Source: Malacoraja senta (Eukaryota). From it: a DNA stretch of 64,000 nt. The stretch spans positions 1 to 64,000 of the forward strand of contig JAXLNO010001977.1 in assembly GCA_038087875.1 (NCBI GenBank). Reading direction: 5' to 3'. Of the stretch, positions 12,455 to 23,531 are shown in pieces; position 1 is the stretch's first letter; each line of letters opens with the position of its first letter. The notes beneath the pieces were generated by a model. That model saw only the letters and a list, made by a program, of their open reading frames with translations. It was not told where the DNA came from and searched no databases. Position numbers and translations under genes: made by a program.

Positions 12455-12654
12455 AAGTGGGTGGCGGCTCAGTGGGGCAGAGCCCGCTCAGGGTGAGAGC
12501 AAAATGAGTGCGGTTTCCCGACCCGCGCCCGCTCCCCGCATGGCTCTGCACTGCTGCGGAGCCTCGGGATATCGGTGCTGCCCTGACCCTTCCCGGAGAA
12601 AACATAGATCAGGCTTTTCAGTGGAGACGACAAGTCAATCGCTGAGAAACGTAC

Positions 12655-12969
12655 CGTCAGATACTTGGAGTTCTACGTTTAACATTGAACGGCCGTTAGA
12701 TGTTGTAATTCCACACCTGTACCATCCTGTATCTCCAGAGTGAAGATCCTCCACAGTCAAAGTAAATATTCCTCGTGCCGAGTTATCTGTGATTGACATT
12801 CTTCCACTCCGTCCGTGTTGCCCATTTGTTTCCACCATATCTGTACATTGGCGATTCTGCACACGGCACCAGTATTTTGTGTGTGAGCGATACTCTGCTT
12901 CATATTGACAATAGATTGTGATCGCTCTTCCCACAACTCCTCTTACATACGTCTCTCCCCACACTGCAG
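12655..12969 (-). CDS. Gene A Ig V exon Vb
   Basis: Acceptor catttcag|CTGCAG, donor GACG|gtacgt, 315 nt open frame: AVWGETYVRG...IYCQY...KYWCRVQNRQC...DTGWYRC. Confidence 0.9.
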
Positions 12970-13087
12970 CTGAAATGGAGGGGAGAAACTTTCAGATGGA
13001 GAACAAATGAACTTTTTAATGGAAATAGATACATTTTGAAGAAAACATGCAAGAAAACTTAAATCGTTCCATGATGTGTCATATTGC

Positions 13088-13870
13088 ACCGCCATTCAAT
13101 GTGTTCATGGCTGATCATCCAGAATCAGTAACCCGTTCCTGCCTTTCCCCATACCCCTTGATTCCGCTAGCCCAAAGCGCTCTATCTAACTCTCTTTTGA
13201 ATGCATCCAGTGAATCGGCCTCCACTGCCTTCTGAGGCAGATAATTCCACAGATTCACAACTCTCTGCGTGAAAAAGTTTTTCCTCATCTCCGTTCTAAA
13301 TGGCCTATCCATTATTCTTAATATCGGGACAATGTTTCCTGCCTCTCGCGTGTCCAATCCCTTAATAATCTTATATTTTTCAATAAGATCCCATCTCATC
13401 CTTCTAAATTCCAGAGTATACAAGCGCAGCCGCACCATTCAATCAACGCATGACAGTCCCGCCATCCCGGGAATTAACCTTGTTGCACTCCCTCAACATA
13501 CACTGCACTCCCTCGATAGCAAGAAGGTCCTTCCTCAAATTTGGAGATCAAAACTGGAAACAATAATCCAGGTGTGGTCTCACTGGGGCCATGTACAACT
13601 GCAGAAGGACCTCTTTGCTCCTGTACTCAACTCCTCTTGTTATTACGGTCAACATGCCACTAGCTTTCTTCACTGCCTGCTGTACCTGCATGCTTACTTT
13701 CAGTGAGTGATGAACAATGACCCCCCAGATCTCTTTGTACTTCCCCTTTTCCCAACCTGACAACATTCAGATAATAATCTGCCTTCCTGATTTTGCTACT
13801 AAAGTGGATAAACTCACATTTATCCACATTAAACTTCATCTGCCATGCATCTGCCCAACTCACCCAACCA
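13088..13870 (-). mobile_element. 5'-truncated CR1 in the Va-Vb intron (paralog about 47455-48320)
   Basis: CR1 ORF2 C-terminus (LEFRRMRWDLIE, FFTQRVVNLWN). The tail is kept in gene B and deleted in gene A; (CCACT)-like stutter at the 5' junction. Confidence 0.85.
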
Positions 13871-14200
13871 CTCACCCACTCACCACTCGCCCACTCACCA
13901 CCCACCTCCAGGTCCCTTACCAGAGAGCGTTACTAGCGTAAACACGCACACCGCCAGATTCGGGGACAATTTCTTCACAGCTCTTGTCAGGCATCTGAAT
14001 CATCCTACCACATCCAGAGAGTAGTGCGGAACTATCTATCTCTTTGATGACCCTCGGACTACCCTTGATCGGACTTTGCTGGATTCGCCTTACACTAAAC
14101 GTAATTTCCTTTTCATGTATCTATGCACTGTAAGAGGGTCGATTGGAATCCTGTATTGTCTTTCTGCTGGAGACGTCAAGTCATTCACTGCGAAACATAC

Positions 14201-14521
14201 CGTCAGATACTTCGAGTAAAACGTTAAATATTGGATGGTCGGCTGATGTTGTAATTCCACAGCTGTACCATCCTGTATCTTCAGAGTGAAGATCCTCCAC
14301 AGTCACAGTAAATATTCCTCGTGCCGGGTTATCTGTGATTGACACTCTTCCACTCCGTCCGTGTTGCCCATTTGTTTCCACTAAAACTCTACACGGTCGA
14401 CTCCTCCCACGGCACCAGTATTTTGTGTGTGAGCGGTACTCTGCTGCATAGTGACAATCGATTGTGATCTCTCTTCCCACAACTCCTTTTACTTCCCACT
14501 TTGCCCACACTGCACCTGAAA
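14201..14521 (-). CDS. Gene A Ig V exon Va (pIgR/CD300-like V-set)
   Basis: Tandem acceptors ctcag|TTTCAG|GTGCAG (starts 14521 or 14515), donor GACG|gtatgt. IDCHY...KYWCRGRSRPC...DTGWYSC: canonical Cys pair, Trp and the C-C' Cys pair. Open frame, phase 1-1. Confidence 0.92.
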
Positions 14522-14584
14522 CTGAGCGGAGAAACTTTCAGATGGAGAGCAAATTAACTGTTTAATGGTAATTGATACATTTTG

Positions 14585-15292
14585 TTTTTTTTTGAAAATA
14601 TTTTTTATTGGACATAAGTACATAACCTATTAACATCATTACAGTCTTACATTTTTAAATTGATAATATTATCCATTATTATTACATTGTCTCCAATACC
14701 TTTTGTCTTTTAAGTTTAAAAAAAAACTAGATAGAACTAAAAAGATAGATGAACTAAAGAAAGAAAAGAGAGAGAAGAAAAAGAGAAAAAACCAAACAAA
14801 AAAAACAACAACAAAAAAACAAAACAAAAAAAAAAGAGAAAGATAGTTAAAGAAGAATGGAAAAAATTATTAAAATAAAAAACTTCATTCGAGATATATT
14901 CGTACATTTCAGAGTATAACATTTCATCCATTCTTTAGCCCGAGCATTAGTCATGTTCCCGTGCTGAACCATTCTGACCTTTTAAATAATCAATAAAGGG
15001 AGACCATGTTCCAACGAATAATTCCTGTTTGTCCAACAGGGAAAATCTGATTCTTTCCTCGTTTAAGGTCTCCGTTTTTTCTATAATCCACATTTTGATT
15101 GTGGGGGCCGTAGGGCCTTTCCAAAATTTTACAATTAATTTTTTCCCTGTTATTATACTATAATCAATAACGTTTCTTTGTGTTGTTGTAAATGTTTGAT
15201 TTAATTCTGATGTTCCGAGTATTATAAATTTTGGATCGGGGTCCACTTGTGTGCTGGTCACTTTAGATATTATACTAAAAATATTTACCCAG
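14585..15292 (-). mobile_element. 708-bp 5'-truncated L1 found only in gene A
   Basis: L1 ORF2 C-terminus (ITGKKLIVKFWK...TWSPFIDYL) plus 3' UTR and tail. 15-bp TSD aattgatacattttg at 14570-14584 and 15293-15307; empty site at 49018-49032. Confidence 0.92.
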
Positions 15293-15655
15293 AATTGATA
15301 CATTTTGAAGATTACATGAAAGAAAACGTAAAACGTTCCATAATGTGTCATATTGCTTCACGACCAATGTCTCCGGTCTGAAGTGCAGACAGTGCTGTTA
15401 TTGTACCAGTTGTGTCAATGTTCTGTCCGCGGGTCAGTACAATTTGGGTTCACTTCCCACTCCAGATCCCTGAGCAGAAACTGGGCTGGGATCGCAGTGC
15501 GGTTCTGAGGGAGCGCGGCAGTGTTGCAGGAGCTGCCTTCCAACAATCACAGGCGATTTAATTAAATAGCACCCACTTTGCTATTTAATTGGCGGTGCCG
15601 CCGGCTGCGCTGCCAACATTCATCTCTCAACCGACACTGGGCCGGACCCGTGTTT

Positions 15656-15902
15656 TTTTTAAATATTATCAAATAATTTATTTAATTATTGAAAATAATA
15701 TTTACGATACAATAAAACAAAACAGAACCCACCACCATAATACAAGAGAAACAAATAAACGAAATAAACAACTATACAACTATGTTACAATACTTGTCAA
15801 GGATGTATTCAACCCCAGGCGGTGCCCAGATGTCCTGGAAATCCCCCAGGTGCCCGCGGACAGCGCCTGGTACCCCTGTAGTCCCACCCGGCCGCGGAAA
15901 GG
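15656..15902 (-). mobile_element. 247-bp 3' fragment of a Tx1-like LINE found only in gene A
   Basis: 13-bp TSD cggacccgtgttt at 15643-15655 and 15903-15915, poly-T start on plus. Translates to ...GDFQDIWAPPGVEYILD, resembling Tx1 ORF2 ends. Empty site near 49381. Confidence 0.75.
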
Positions 15903-16039
15903 CGGACCCGTGTTTAGACATTCACCGCCGCCACTGCCTTTACAAAGCCCTGACTGAGGACACAGAGGACGGACGAACTACAATAAAGCGGGTACATTAC
16001 CGGAGAGCGTTACTAACGTGAAAACGCACACCGCCAGAT

Positions 16040-16313
16040 TCGGGGACAGTTCCTTCGCAGTTGTACTCAGACATCGGAATCATCCTACCACAACCAGAGA
16101 GCAGTGCTGAACTATCTACCTCTTTGGAGACCCTCGGACTACCCTTGATCGGACTTCGCTGGCTTTACCTTACACTAAACTTTATTTCCCTTTCATGTAT
16201 CTATGCACTGTAAGAGGATCGATTATAATCATGTATCTGGCTGGTTAGCACGCAAGAAAAAGCTTTTCACTGTACCTCGGTACACGTGACAATAAACTGA
16301 ACTTGCATTTCAG
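16040..16313 (+). repeat. About 270-bp interspersed LINE-like 3' fragment (also about 13940-14168, 48400-48615 and 49520-49790; only its last 40 bp at 9131 and 36011)
   Basis: Recurring block ending cactgtacctcggtacacgtgacaataaact. Confidence 0.5.
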
Positions 16314-16831
16314 CGCGACTGGGTTGCGGATTGGAAAGAGGATGGAGAGAGAGTTGGGGGTAGGTGGATAGAGCGAGGACAGTGGTTCAGTCTCAGACTC
16401 CGGGGGATTGTTGGGTTTGCGACAGAGTTGAGTTGGACAAATGCAGGGACTATTTGAACTGACACAATGAGTCCACAATCCCGACTCCCCCCTCAGTTGT
16501 AAACACATTTTAAAAGTGTAGAATTAACTTCCTGGTGATGCTGCAACCTATGTCCGGTCCAGGTATCTTGGAGTATCTGCTCTAAATTCATTTGCTATTT
16601 TATGCCTATAAACTATCATCAGGATGCAATTAGACCAAGTGTCAACAGTGGTTAAAGTACGAACACAGTCTAGATATTCAAATGTGATTTCAGATCCATC
16701 ACCACAATGCACTGAGTTGCACCTCCCCCATTACATGTCTACACATACTTAACTATCTCTGCTGTGAAAAGGGTGCATGGGACGCCAAATAACATTGATC
16801 ATTGGAATATCAGGATCTGGCTTTCACTCAC

Positions 16832-16868
16832 CCGGCAGCGAGGAGATGAGAAGAATGGGAATCCACAT
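16832..16868 (-). CDS. Gene A leader (signal peptide) exon, MWIPILLISSLP+G
   Basis: ATG at 16868, 12 hydrophobic codons + 1 nt, then donor G|gtgagt. Phase 1 joins the V exon to give MWIPILLISSLPVSGAVWA. Confidence 0.85.
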
Positions 16869-17593
16869 TGTTTTATCCACAGTGACGAGGTCAGTACTTG
16901 TCAGTCTGTCGCTCAGCTCGTAGCTCTCAGATACAACCGCATCTCTCGAATAGCAACGACGAAGAAGGGAACAGGACTTCAGATCGTGAACCACAGCGAG
17001 CCAGCAGCAGCTCGACACGTTACAGTGTGAAAGGATCAGGGTTATATTTAACAAATGGTTGGGTCGGATGATCACAGTCATACGTCACGGAAACAGGCCA
17101 TTCTCCCCAACGCGTTAGACCAATGTGCTCATCTAAGTTAGTCAGATTTTCCCACGTTCAACCCGAAACTCCCCAAACCTTCCCCATACTTGGACCTGTC
17201 CAATGCTCGTTAGATGTTGTTATTGCAGCTGCCTCAACCACTTCGTCAGGTATGATGTATCCGTTAGGATGCAGCGGCGATTATCTCTGTACTCAGAGTC
17301 TGTTAACACTGAACAGTGGTGGGAATAATGATAGACAAAAAAATTCATAAGGAACTCTGCGGGCCAGGCAGCACCTCTGGAGAAAATGGTTAGGTGACGT
17401 TTTGGGTCGGGCCCCTTCATGTAAACAATGATACATTGGATAAAATATGACATGATTTAGAATTGTAGAAACGTCTAAGATGTGTACACTTCCGGATCAT
17501 TCCCTCTTGATGATTTTGTAAGTGGACCGGCAGATCAAAAATATAATAATTGGAACTTTTGTTTTTGCTTATTACTGTTGACAAGGGGCAAAA

Positions 17594-17641
17594 CAGGAAG
17601 CTGGCGTTAGGAAGTAGGGGATTTTCACCTGAAATCAGCTG
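17594..17641. promoter_or_regulatory. Possible enhancer motif cluster about 730 bp upstream of the leader (also 51074-51121)
   Basis: CAGGAAG and AGGAAGT (ETS cores), GGGGATTTTC (kappaB-like, imperfect) and CAGCTG (E-box) within 48 bp. Motif match only. Confidence 0.25.
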
Positions 17642-18429
17642 AGGTTAATTGGAGTTTGACCCTCTCCTCTCTGATTCAACTCTTCAATTCAAATTTGAAA
17701 CACTATTGTCATGGTATTCACGTTTTGAAAATAGAAAATTAACGGTCTGGAGGACTGTGAAGAAGTTTGTCTAGAATTACCACAGGATGGGGATCAGCTG
17801 GGAAAGCGGGATGTGGAATGTAACTGACATGTGTAATGTAACTCAACAAGGGCGAAGTGATACACTTAGTGAAGTTAAAGCAAGGTAGAATATGCACGGT
17901 GAATTGAATTATTAACTTGTCTTCTTTACAATGCAGAGCGAATACATTATCAGAGTTGTGTTCATGTTCATTCCATTGGCTGACTTTGTACATCTGCTTG
18001 CAACGATTTCATTCTGTAGGCAACTAGTTGCATTATAATATAACCTAATATCTGCTGCCGTCTATCGTTCTGGTGTGTCACTTTCAGTGGAACAGTGCCG
18101 TTTATTCGGGTTGTGTAAATCTGTGGCAATGTTGTGTATCACGTGGTATGGGTGTAATACACTGATGAGTCCGCCACTGGTGTTAGCTGAGCGTTGGTGA
18201 TCCTCAGTAAAGGATCTTTTGTTAGGAGCTATTTCCTGTATACTTGCCCACCTAAAACACTGCAGAGAGGAACCGACGATGCAGCAAAACAATTGAATTC
18301 TGTCTACATTCGCCTTTGACCCATGACTACTGCAAACACTTCTCAAAAATTTATTAAGAAGCATCCTGATGCATAATTATTTATTTATCAGCGAAAACAT
18401 TTTTTTCCAGGAAGTTGAATGCATATAAC

Positions 18430-18620
18430 ATATTTTAACAGAGTATAAGACTTTTGAGCAGCAGAAACCACGCAGAGGTTAAAACAATAGTTCGAAGGTG
18501 ATGAAAGAAACCTTGGAAGAGGTGACAAACATTAAGACCAGTGCGGTAAATGAGTTTTGGAAACAGATATGGTTTAGAAAGTTTGGAACATTGCTTTGAA
18601 GTCACTTTCATGAAATCGTT
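18430..18620 (+). mobile_element. Possible Tigger/pogo transposase remnant (also about 51910-52100)
   Basis: Short frame MKETLEEVTNIKTSAVNEFWKQIW resembles the pogo DDE_1 C-terminal W..V...TI...WKKLW block. No TIRs found. Confidence 0.3.
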
Positions 18621-19160
18621 CGTTGAATTGCAAGAGACGTATATTCTGTCCAATTGATATCAGTTGACAAAGCAGGATGATGCATAAATATTTCATCGCG
18701 GTGCAGAATTCACTCATTGATGGTGCAAGCTAGGAGACTTCATTCTAATTCGTGTGTCGAGTGGCGAGGTTCTGATTCATCGCGTCTCTGCAAAAGACAA
18801 TGTGAAGTCATCAGACTCACTGACAGTGGGAACCACGCTTTATTTGACCCGACCACCCCCAACACATGGCTGTCTGGAAGATGGACCCCAACGAATCCAC
18901 ACCGCGCACAGAAATCCACCCAGCACACGTACAACCTGACAAAACCACATGATATCATCTACATAGTGATTTGGTTTAACTTCAGGTTATGAAAACGTGC
19001 ACGATTTTTGTTTCTATCAATGGACAGGATATTTGAAAGCATTAATGAAAACCGTTTGGATACATTCGGCGAAGAGAATTGATTGTTTTGGGCAGAGGGT
19101 GGTGAATCAATGGATTTCATTACCATAGGAGGCTGCGGAGGCCAAATCAATTCACTCCGG

Positions 19161-22100
19161 AGATACATAGCTACATAGATACATAGAAAATATGTGCAGG
19201 AGTAGGCCATTCGGCCCTTCGAGCCTGCACCGCCATTCAATATGATCATGGCTGATCATCCAACTCAGTATCCCGTACCTGCCTTCTCTCCATACCCCCT
19301 GATCCCCTTAACCACAAGGGCCACATCTAACTCCCTCTTAAATATAGCCAATGAACTGGCCTCAACTACCCTCTGTGGCAGAGAGTTCCAGAGATTCACC
19401 ACTCTCTGTGTAAAAAAGTGTTTCCTCATCTCGGTCTTAAAGGATTTCCCCCTTATCCTTAAGCTGTGACCCCTTGTCCTGGACTTCCCCAACATCGGGA
19501 ACAATTTTCCTGCATCTAGCCTGTCCAACCCCATAAGAATTTTGTACGTTTCTATGAGATCCCCTCTCAATCTCCTAAATTCTAGCGAATATAAGCCGTC
19601 TATCCAGTCTTTCTTCATATGAAAGTCCCGACATCCCAGGAATCAGTCTGGTGAACCTTCTCTGCACTCCCTCTATGGCTATAATGTCCTTCCTCAGATT
19701 TGGAGACCAAAACTGTACGCAATACTCCAGGTGTGGTCTCACCAAGACCCTGTACAACTGCAGTAGAACCTCCCTGCTCCTATACTCAAATACTCTTGCT
19801 ATGAAGGCCAACATACCATTCGCTTTCTTCACTGCCTGCTGCACCTGCATGCCTACTTTCAATGACTGGTGTACCATGACACCCAGGTCTCGCTGCATCT
19901 CCCCATTTCCTAATCGGCCACCATTTAGATAATAGTCTGCCTTCCGGTTTTTGCCAACAAAGTGGATAACCTCACATTTATCCACATTATACTGCATCTG
20001 CCAAACATTTGCCCACTCACCCAGCCTATCCAAGTCACCTTGCAGTCTCCTAGCATCCTCCTCACATCTAACACTGCCCCCCAGCTTAGTGTCATCCGCA
20101 AACTTGGAGATGTTGCTTTCAATTCCCTCGTCCAGATCATTAATATAAATTGTAAATAGCTGGGGTCCCAGCACTGAGCCTTGCGGTACCCCACTAGTCA
20201 CTGCCTGCCATTGTGAAAAGGACCCGTTTACTCCTACTCTTTGCTTCCTGTTTGCCAGCCAGTTCTCTATCCACATCAGTACTGAACCCCCAATACCGTG
20301 TGATTTAAGTTTGTATCCTAATCTCTTATGTGGTACCTTGTCGAAAGCCTTCTGAAAGTCCAGATACAACACATCCGCTGGTTCTCCCCTATCCACTCTA
20401 CTAGTTACATCCTCGAAAAATTCTATAAGATTCGTCAGACACGATTTACCTTTCGTAAATCCATGCTGACTTTGTCCAATGATTTCACCACTTTCCAAAT
20501 GTGCTGCTATCCCATCTTTAATAACAGACTCTAGCAGTTTCCCCACTACCGATGTTACACTAAATGGTCTGTAATTCCCCGTTTTCTCTCTCCCTCCCTT
20601 CTTAAAAAGTGGGGTTACGTTTGCTACCCTCCAATACTCAGGAACTACTCCAGAATCTAAAGAGTTTTGAAATATTATCACTAATGCATCCACTATTTCT
20701 GGAGCTACTTCCTTAAGTACTCTGGGATGCAGCCTATCTGGCCCTGGTGATTTATCGGCCTTTAATCCATTCAATTTACCTAACACCACTTCCCGACTAA
20801 CCTGGATTTCACTCAGTTCCTCCATCTCCTTTGACCCGCGGCCCCCTGCTATTTCCGGCAGATTATTTATGTCTTAGTGAAGACGGAACCAAAGTAGTTA
20901 TTCAATTGGTCCGCCATATCCTTGTTCCCCATGATCAATTCATCTGTTTCTGACTGCAAGGGACCTACATTTGTTTTAACTAATCTCTTTCTCTTCACAT
21001 ATCTATAAAAACCTTTGCAGTCAGTTTTTATGTTCCCTGCCAGTTTCCTTTCATAATCTATTTTCCGTTTCCTAATTAAGCCCTTTGTCCTCCTCTGCTG
21101 GTCTCTGAATTTCTCCCAGTCCTCTGGTATGCTGCTTTTTCTGGCTAATTTGTACGCATCATCTTTTGCTTTGATACTATCCCTGATTTCCCTTGTTATC
21201 CACGGATGCACTACCTTCCCTGATTTATTCTTTTGCCAAACTGGGATGAACAATTTTTGTAGTTCATCCATGCAGTCTTTAAATGCCTTCCATTGCATAT
21301 CCACCGTCAACCCTTTTAGAACTAATTGCCAGTCAATCTTGGCCAATTCATGTCTCATACCCTCAAAGTTACCTTTCTTTAAGTTCAGAACCGTTGTTTC
21401 TGAATTAACAATGTCACTCTCCATCCTAATGAAGAACTCAACCATATTATGGTCACTCTTGCCCAAGGGGGCATGCACAACAAGACTGCTAACTAACCCT
21501 TCCTCATTACTCAATACCGAGTCTAGAATAGCCTGCTCTCTCGTTGGTGCCTCTACATGTTGGTTTAGATAACTATCCCGCATACATTCCAAGAAATCCT
21601 CTTCCTCAGCACCCCTGCCAATTTGATTCACCCAATCTATATGTAGATTGAAGTCACCCATTATAACTGTTTTGCCTTTATTGCACGCATTTCTAATTTC
21701 CTGTTTGATGCCATCCCCAACTTCACTACTACTGCTAGGTGGCCTGTACACAACACCCACCAGCCTTTTCTGCCCTCAGTGTTTCGCAGCTCTACCCATA
21801 CCGATTCCACATCCTCCAAGCTAATGTCCTTCCTTTCCACTGCGTTACTCTCCTCTCTAACCAGCAACGCTACCCCACCTCCTTTTCCTTTCTCTCTATC
21901 CCTCCTGAATATTGAATATCCCTGGATGTTCAGCTCCCAGCCTTGGTCACCCTGGAGCCATGTCTCCGTGATCCCAACTATATCATAATCATTAATTGCT
22001 ATCTGCACGTTCAACTCATCCACCTTATTACGAATGCTCCTTGCATTAAGACACAAAGCCTTCAGGCTTGTTTTTACAACGGTCTTACCCCTTATACAAT

Positions 22101-22170
22101 TATGTTGAAAAGTGGCTCTTTTTGATTTTTGCCCTGGATTTGTCTGCCTGCCTCTTTTACTTTTCACCTT
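19161..22170 (-). mobile_element. CR1-clade LINE, nearly complete ORF2 with frameshifts
   Basis: Endonuclease (CLNARSIRNK, GITETWL, GDFN, SDH) and RT (GVPQGSVLGP, KFADD) in four frames; (ATAGATAC)-type tail at the left end. Confidence 0.93.
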
Positions 22171-22431
22171 GCTACCTATTAGCGGGACAGAGATACTGCC
22201 TGTCCCGCTGAGTTCAGTATTTTAGTACATATCCAAATCAATTGATATTTTTAAGCCGGAGATTTTCATATTTCTTATAAATAAGGATGTCAAGGGTTAT
22301 GGGGTGAAGGCAGGAGGATGGATCGGGAGCGAAGGCTAGAATAGTCGTGATTGGGGGCGGATTATATATAATGGGCTGATTGGACCAATTCTGCTCCTAT
22401 AATTTATGAACATGATGCTAATAAAACTTAC

Positions 22432-22522
22432 CTTAGAGCTTCTTGTGAACACCGCGGTTGAGATACTCCAGATCGCAAGCAGGAGAAAGAACAGCCAGCG
22501 CCCCACTTTCCATGAGATGTAA
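22432..22522 (-). CDS. Gene B transmembrane exon with Arg (YISWKVGRWLFFLLLAIWSISTAVFTRSSK)
   Basis: Acceptor ccctttgcccag|T, donor AAG|gtaagt, 91 nt, phase 2 to 0. Hydrophobic helix followed by basic stop-transfer residues. Confidence 0.82.
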
Positions 22523-22590
22523 CTGGGCAAAGGGCAAGAGATACAGAATCAATGGGAGGAAACGAGACGATTTATCTTTGAAACATTTAC

Positions 22591-22609
22591 CTGTTATTTG
22601 CTTCATAAT
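22591..22609 (-). CDS. Candidate 19-nt micro-exon (DYEANN) before the TM exon; also 56071-56089
   Basis: Pyrimidine-rich acceptor ...ccacttcactaag| and donor CAG|gtaaat, phase 1 to 2, 68-nt intron to the TM exon. Confidence 0.4.
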
Positions 22610-23531
22610 CTTAGTGAAGTGGAGCGGGGCGAAGCAGTAGAGCCAATGGAGATCATCTTGGATAAAGAACGGGTGTTGGACTGGGGGGGGGGCAACCTAT
22701 GATCACCAATTACTGACCTCATTGCTGGAGCATATCTATAAGACTGGGTATCAGAGATTAGACGGTTAAATGGATTCGGAGAAGACAGAGAAATAAGTCA
22801 GTAGATGGAGCAGTGAATTCAGTGACTACAGAGTAGATAGACACACAATGCTGGAGAAACACAGCGGGAGAGGTTTCAAGGTTCAATGTGTAAGGGAGCG
22901 TCAGTTAACACAGTTCGCTGTATTCGGTTGAATTCAAGGCTGTTTTCTCACTTTCTGCGCCACCGAATCTTTGCTGCATGACCCCACGTGTGACGTTTCG
23001 GGTCGAGACCCTTCTTCAGACTGGGAGTCACGGGAAAGGGAAACTGTGGATGTGTGAATGATACAAAGAACAGTGTAATACCCTGGAAGAAAGAAACTGC
23101 AGCTGCAAGGAGATTATAATAAAATCCATATGGATAGATTAATTAAAAGGGATCAATTCTAATGGTGGAAGGGAGGTGGGACAATAAATATGGAAACGGA
23201 TGAGGCCAAGTAATAAAATAAATTAAAAATGTTAATGCTTAATCTCGCCCCCTCGATATTACTTGGATTAACGCGGTAGGTGTGTGGATGGTGTGTGTTC
23301 GAAAAATCGGTTAAAGGTTCGCTCATAACGGCGTGCCTTTTATTAATATTCTTATTTCCTATCGCAAGAGTGTGATAGAAAGCCAGACCTATTTCAATTG
23401 TAACAAGATAAATAACAAAGTGTTCCCACTTTCATGACTGTATTATGATGGAATATTCAGGGATAATTTAAAAAAACAATGTTTTCAAGATTCAATGTGT
23501 AAGGGAGCGTCAGTTATTTATGAATGTTTTT

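Larger units (their letters stand above)
6783..12970. repeat. Internal tandem duplication of an approximately 2.9-kb V-exon cassette (Vc unit 6783-9696, Vb unit from 9692)
   Basis: 6795-8090 matches 9705-10985 plus 12455 onward, and the upstream intron blocks 8600-9696, 14520-16770 and 46460-46970 are homologous. Confidence 0.85.
1..17960. repeat. Older paralogous unit, matching 26461-51440
   Basis: Collinear throughout with roughly 3-5% substitutions plus copy-specific insertions and deletions. Confidence 0.93.

Noticed and set aside
13855-13910. Short spaced repeats (ccactca-like) as a CRISPR-like or functional array
   Set aside because: Low-complexity stutter at a CR1 5' truncation point, with no unique spacers, in a vertebrate genome.
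3991-14521. Rearranging V gene segments with RSS (Ig/TCR-like locus)
   Set aside because: V exons end in GT splice donors, not heptamers. The CACAGTG near 4293 lies inside the exon with no nonamer at 12 or 23 spacing, and no D, J or C1 exons were seen.
2473-16868. Naming the genes PIGR or CD300
   Set aside because: V domains fit the family, but the C2 domains and TM Arg do not match either gene; orthology cannot be shown from this window.
17500-19150. Several acceptor-like sites as the cytoplasmic tail exon after the TM
   Set aside because: Candidates near 17629, 18013 and 18646 give short frames with no motif or other support; I cannot choose among them.
19651-21988. Plus-strand ORFs of 65-147 aa (also many similar ORFs over other LINEs)
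   Set aside because: Antisense shadows of CR1/L1 coding frames with no independent signals.
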